A stretch of DNA of 35,441 nt from a virus (taxonomy: Duplodnaviria > Heunggongvirae > Uroviricota > Caudoviricetes): the IMG/VR virus record IMGVR_UViG_2529293216_000013; one strand, written 5' to 3'. The first letter of the stretch is position 1; every line of letters begins with the position of its first letter. The translations under genes were made by a program, and so were the position numbers. Shown in pieces: positions 34,542 to 35,441 of this stretch. Under the pieces are notes generated by a model. That model was not told the DNA's origin and did no database searches. It worked only from the letters and a program-made list of their open reading frames with translations.

Positions 34542-35441
34542 TTAAGCCAATTGCTGCCGCCATTCCTTAACGTGGTCAATCAGAGCGCGGAGCTTTGGTG
34601 CAATATTGCGACGCTGTGGGAAATACAGATAGAAGCCCGGAAATTGTGGAAGAAAGTCATCAAGCAGAGATACAAGCTTACCGCTTTCAATATACGGCCT
34701 GAAAGTTTCCTGAGTGGCAATTGTTATTCCTCCGCCGGCAAGAGCCAGCCTCAACATCAGACGCAGATCATTAGTCGTAATCTGCGGTTCAATCGCAAGG
34801 TCGAAAGCTCTCCCGTTTTCTTCAAATGGCCAGCGATAAGGCGCAACCTCCGGGGACTGACGCCAGCCGATACACTTATGATTCACAAGTTCACGCGGAT
34901 GAACAGGTGTGCTGTTGGCTGCGAGATAGGAGGGAGAGGCAACGACCATTTCACGCTGCCTGCCGGTAAGGGGCACAGCAATCATGTCTTTTTCAATGAC
35001 CTCTCCGAGCCTTACGCCAGCATCGTAACCTGCGGCCACGATATCGAATTCCTCATCCGTGACAACAATATCAAGCGTAACGGCTGGATTGGCTGCTGCA
35101 AACGAAGCGATTAGCGGACCTGAAAGAAATTCTTCAGCTATTGACGTCACCGCGATTCTGAGAAGTCCGCGTGGCACATGGTCAGAAACCATCTCTTCGA
35201 ACGCTGCCTCAATACCGGATAAAGGTAATGACAGCGATTTATGCAGCCGTTCTCCCGCTTCTGTCAAATTAACTGAGCGCGTGGTCCGCATTACAAGCAT
35301 TGTCCCGAATGCATCTTCAAGGCGTCTTATTCCCTGACTGACCGCTGAACGGGTAACGCCCAGCCGTGCGGCGGCTTTACTAAAATTACTCTCTTCTGCT
35401 ACCGCGATAAAAATGGGTAAAAGATTAAGATCGATTTTCAT
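34542..35441 (-). CDS. LysR-family transcriptional regulator (299 aa)
   Basis: N-terminal HTH FIAVAEESNFSKAAARLGVTRSAVSQGIRRLEDAFGTMLVMRTTRSVNLTEAG; start ATG at window end 35441..35439. Confidence 0.85.
   Translation of the reverse strand: MKIDLNLLPIFIAVAEESNFSKAAARLGVTRSAVSQGIRRLEDAFGTMLVMRTTRSVNLTEAGERLHKSLSLPLSGIEAAFEEMVSDHVPRGLLRIAVTSIAEEFLSGPLIASFAAANPAVTLDIVVTDEEFDIVAAGYDAGVRLGEVIEKDMIAVPLTGRQREMVVASPSYLAANSTPVHPRELVNHKCIGWRQSPEVAPYRWPFEENGRAFDLAIEPQITTNDLRLMLRLALAGGGITIATQETFRPYIESGKLVSLLDDFLPQFPGFYLYFPQRRNIAPKLRALIDHVKEWRQQLA

Overview
This 35.4 kb window is a mosaic accessory region of an E. coli-like enterobacterial chromosome. Four blocks are visible. (1) 1 to ~19,400: a rearranged, probably defective lambdoid prophage. 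Late and early genes run on the minus strand: partial Rz, R endolysin, holin, moron cargo between the Q-like gene and the lysis cassette, DUF968, KilA-N, RusA, LexA-DBD protein, Dam-like methyltransferase, PerC-like protein, O-like initiator with internal iterons, CII/YdaT-like and Cro-like proteins. A divergent CI repressor sits on the plus strand with shared operator repeats. Further right are a Mu-like com/mom module, a NanS-p-like esterase, an invertible tail-fibre segment flanked by two pin invertase paralogs, and a GIY-YIG protein, ending at a degenerate tRNA-Ser 3' fragment. (2) ~19,400 to 21,480: an AT-rich AppY-like AraC regulator and an IS3-family (IS2-like) transposase remnant. (3) 21,484 to 34,415: a P4-like satellite element bounded by imperfect direct repeats of a tRNA-Thr 3' end, carrying integrase, Sid/Psu/Delta, AlpA, Ash-like and alpha primase-helicase genes. 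Between int and psu lies a very AT-rich operon that I consider the main candidate for a defence system: a Mrr-like PD-(D/E)xK nuclease, a small protein, and an SMC/Rad50-like ABC ATPase with a CxxC hook-like motif (Lamassu-like architecture). Its reading frames are interrupted at homopolymer tracts, so it may be degraded, mis-sequenced or atypically split. (4) 34,542 to 35,441: a LysR-type regulator, probably core chromosome. All calls rest on reading the sequence and on remembered protein families; no database search was run.
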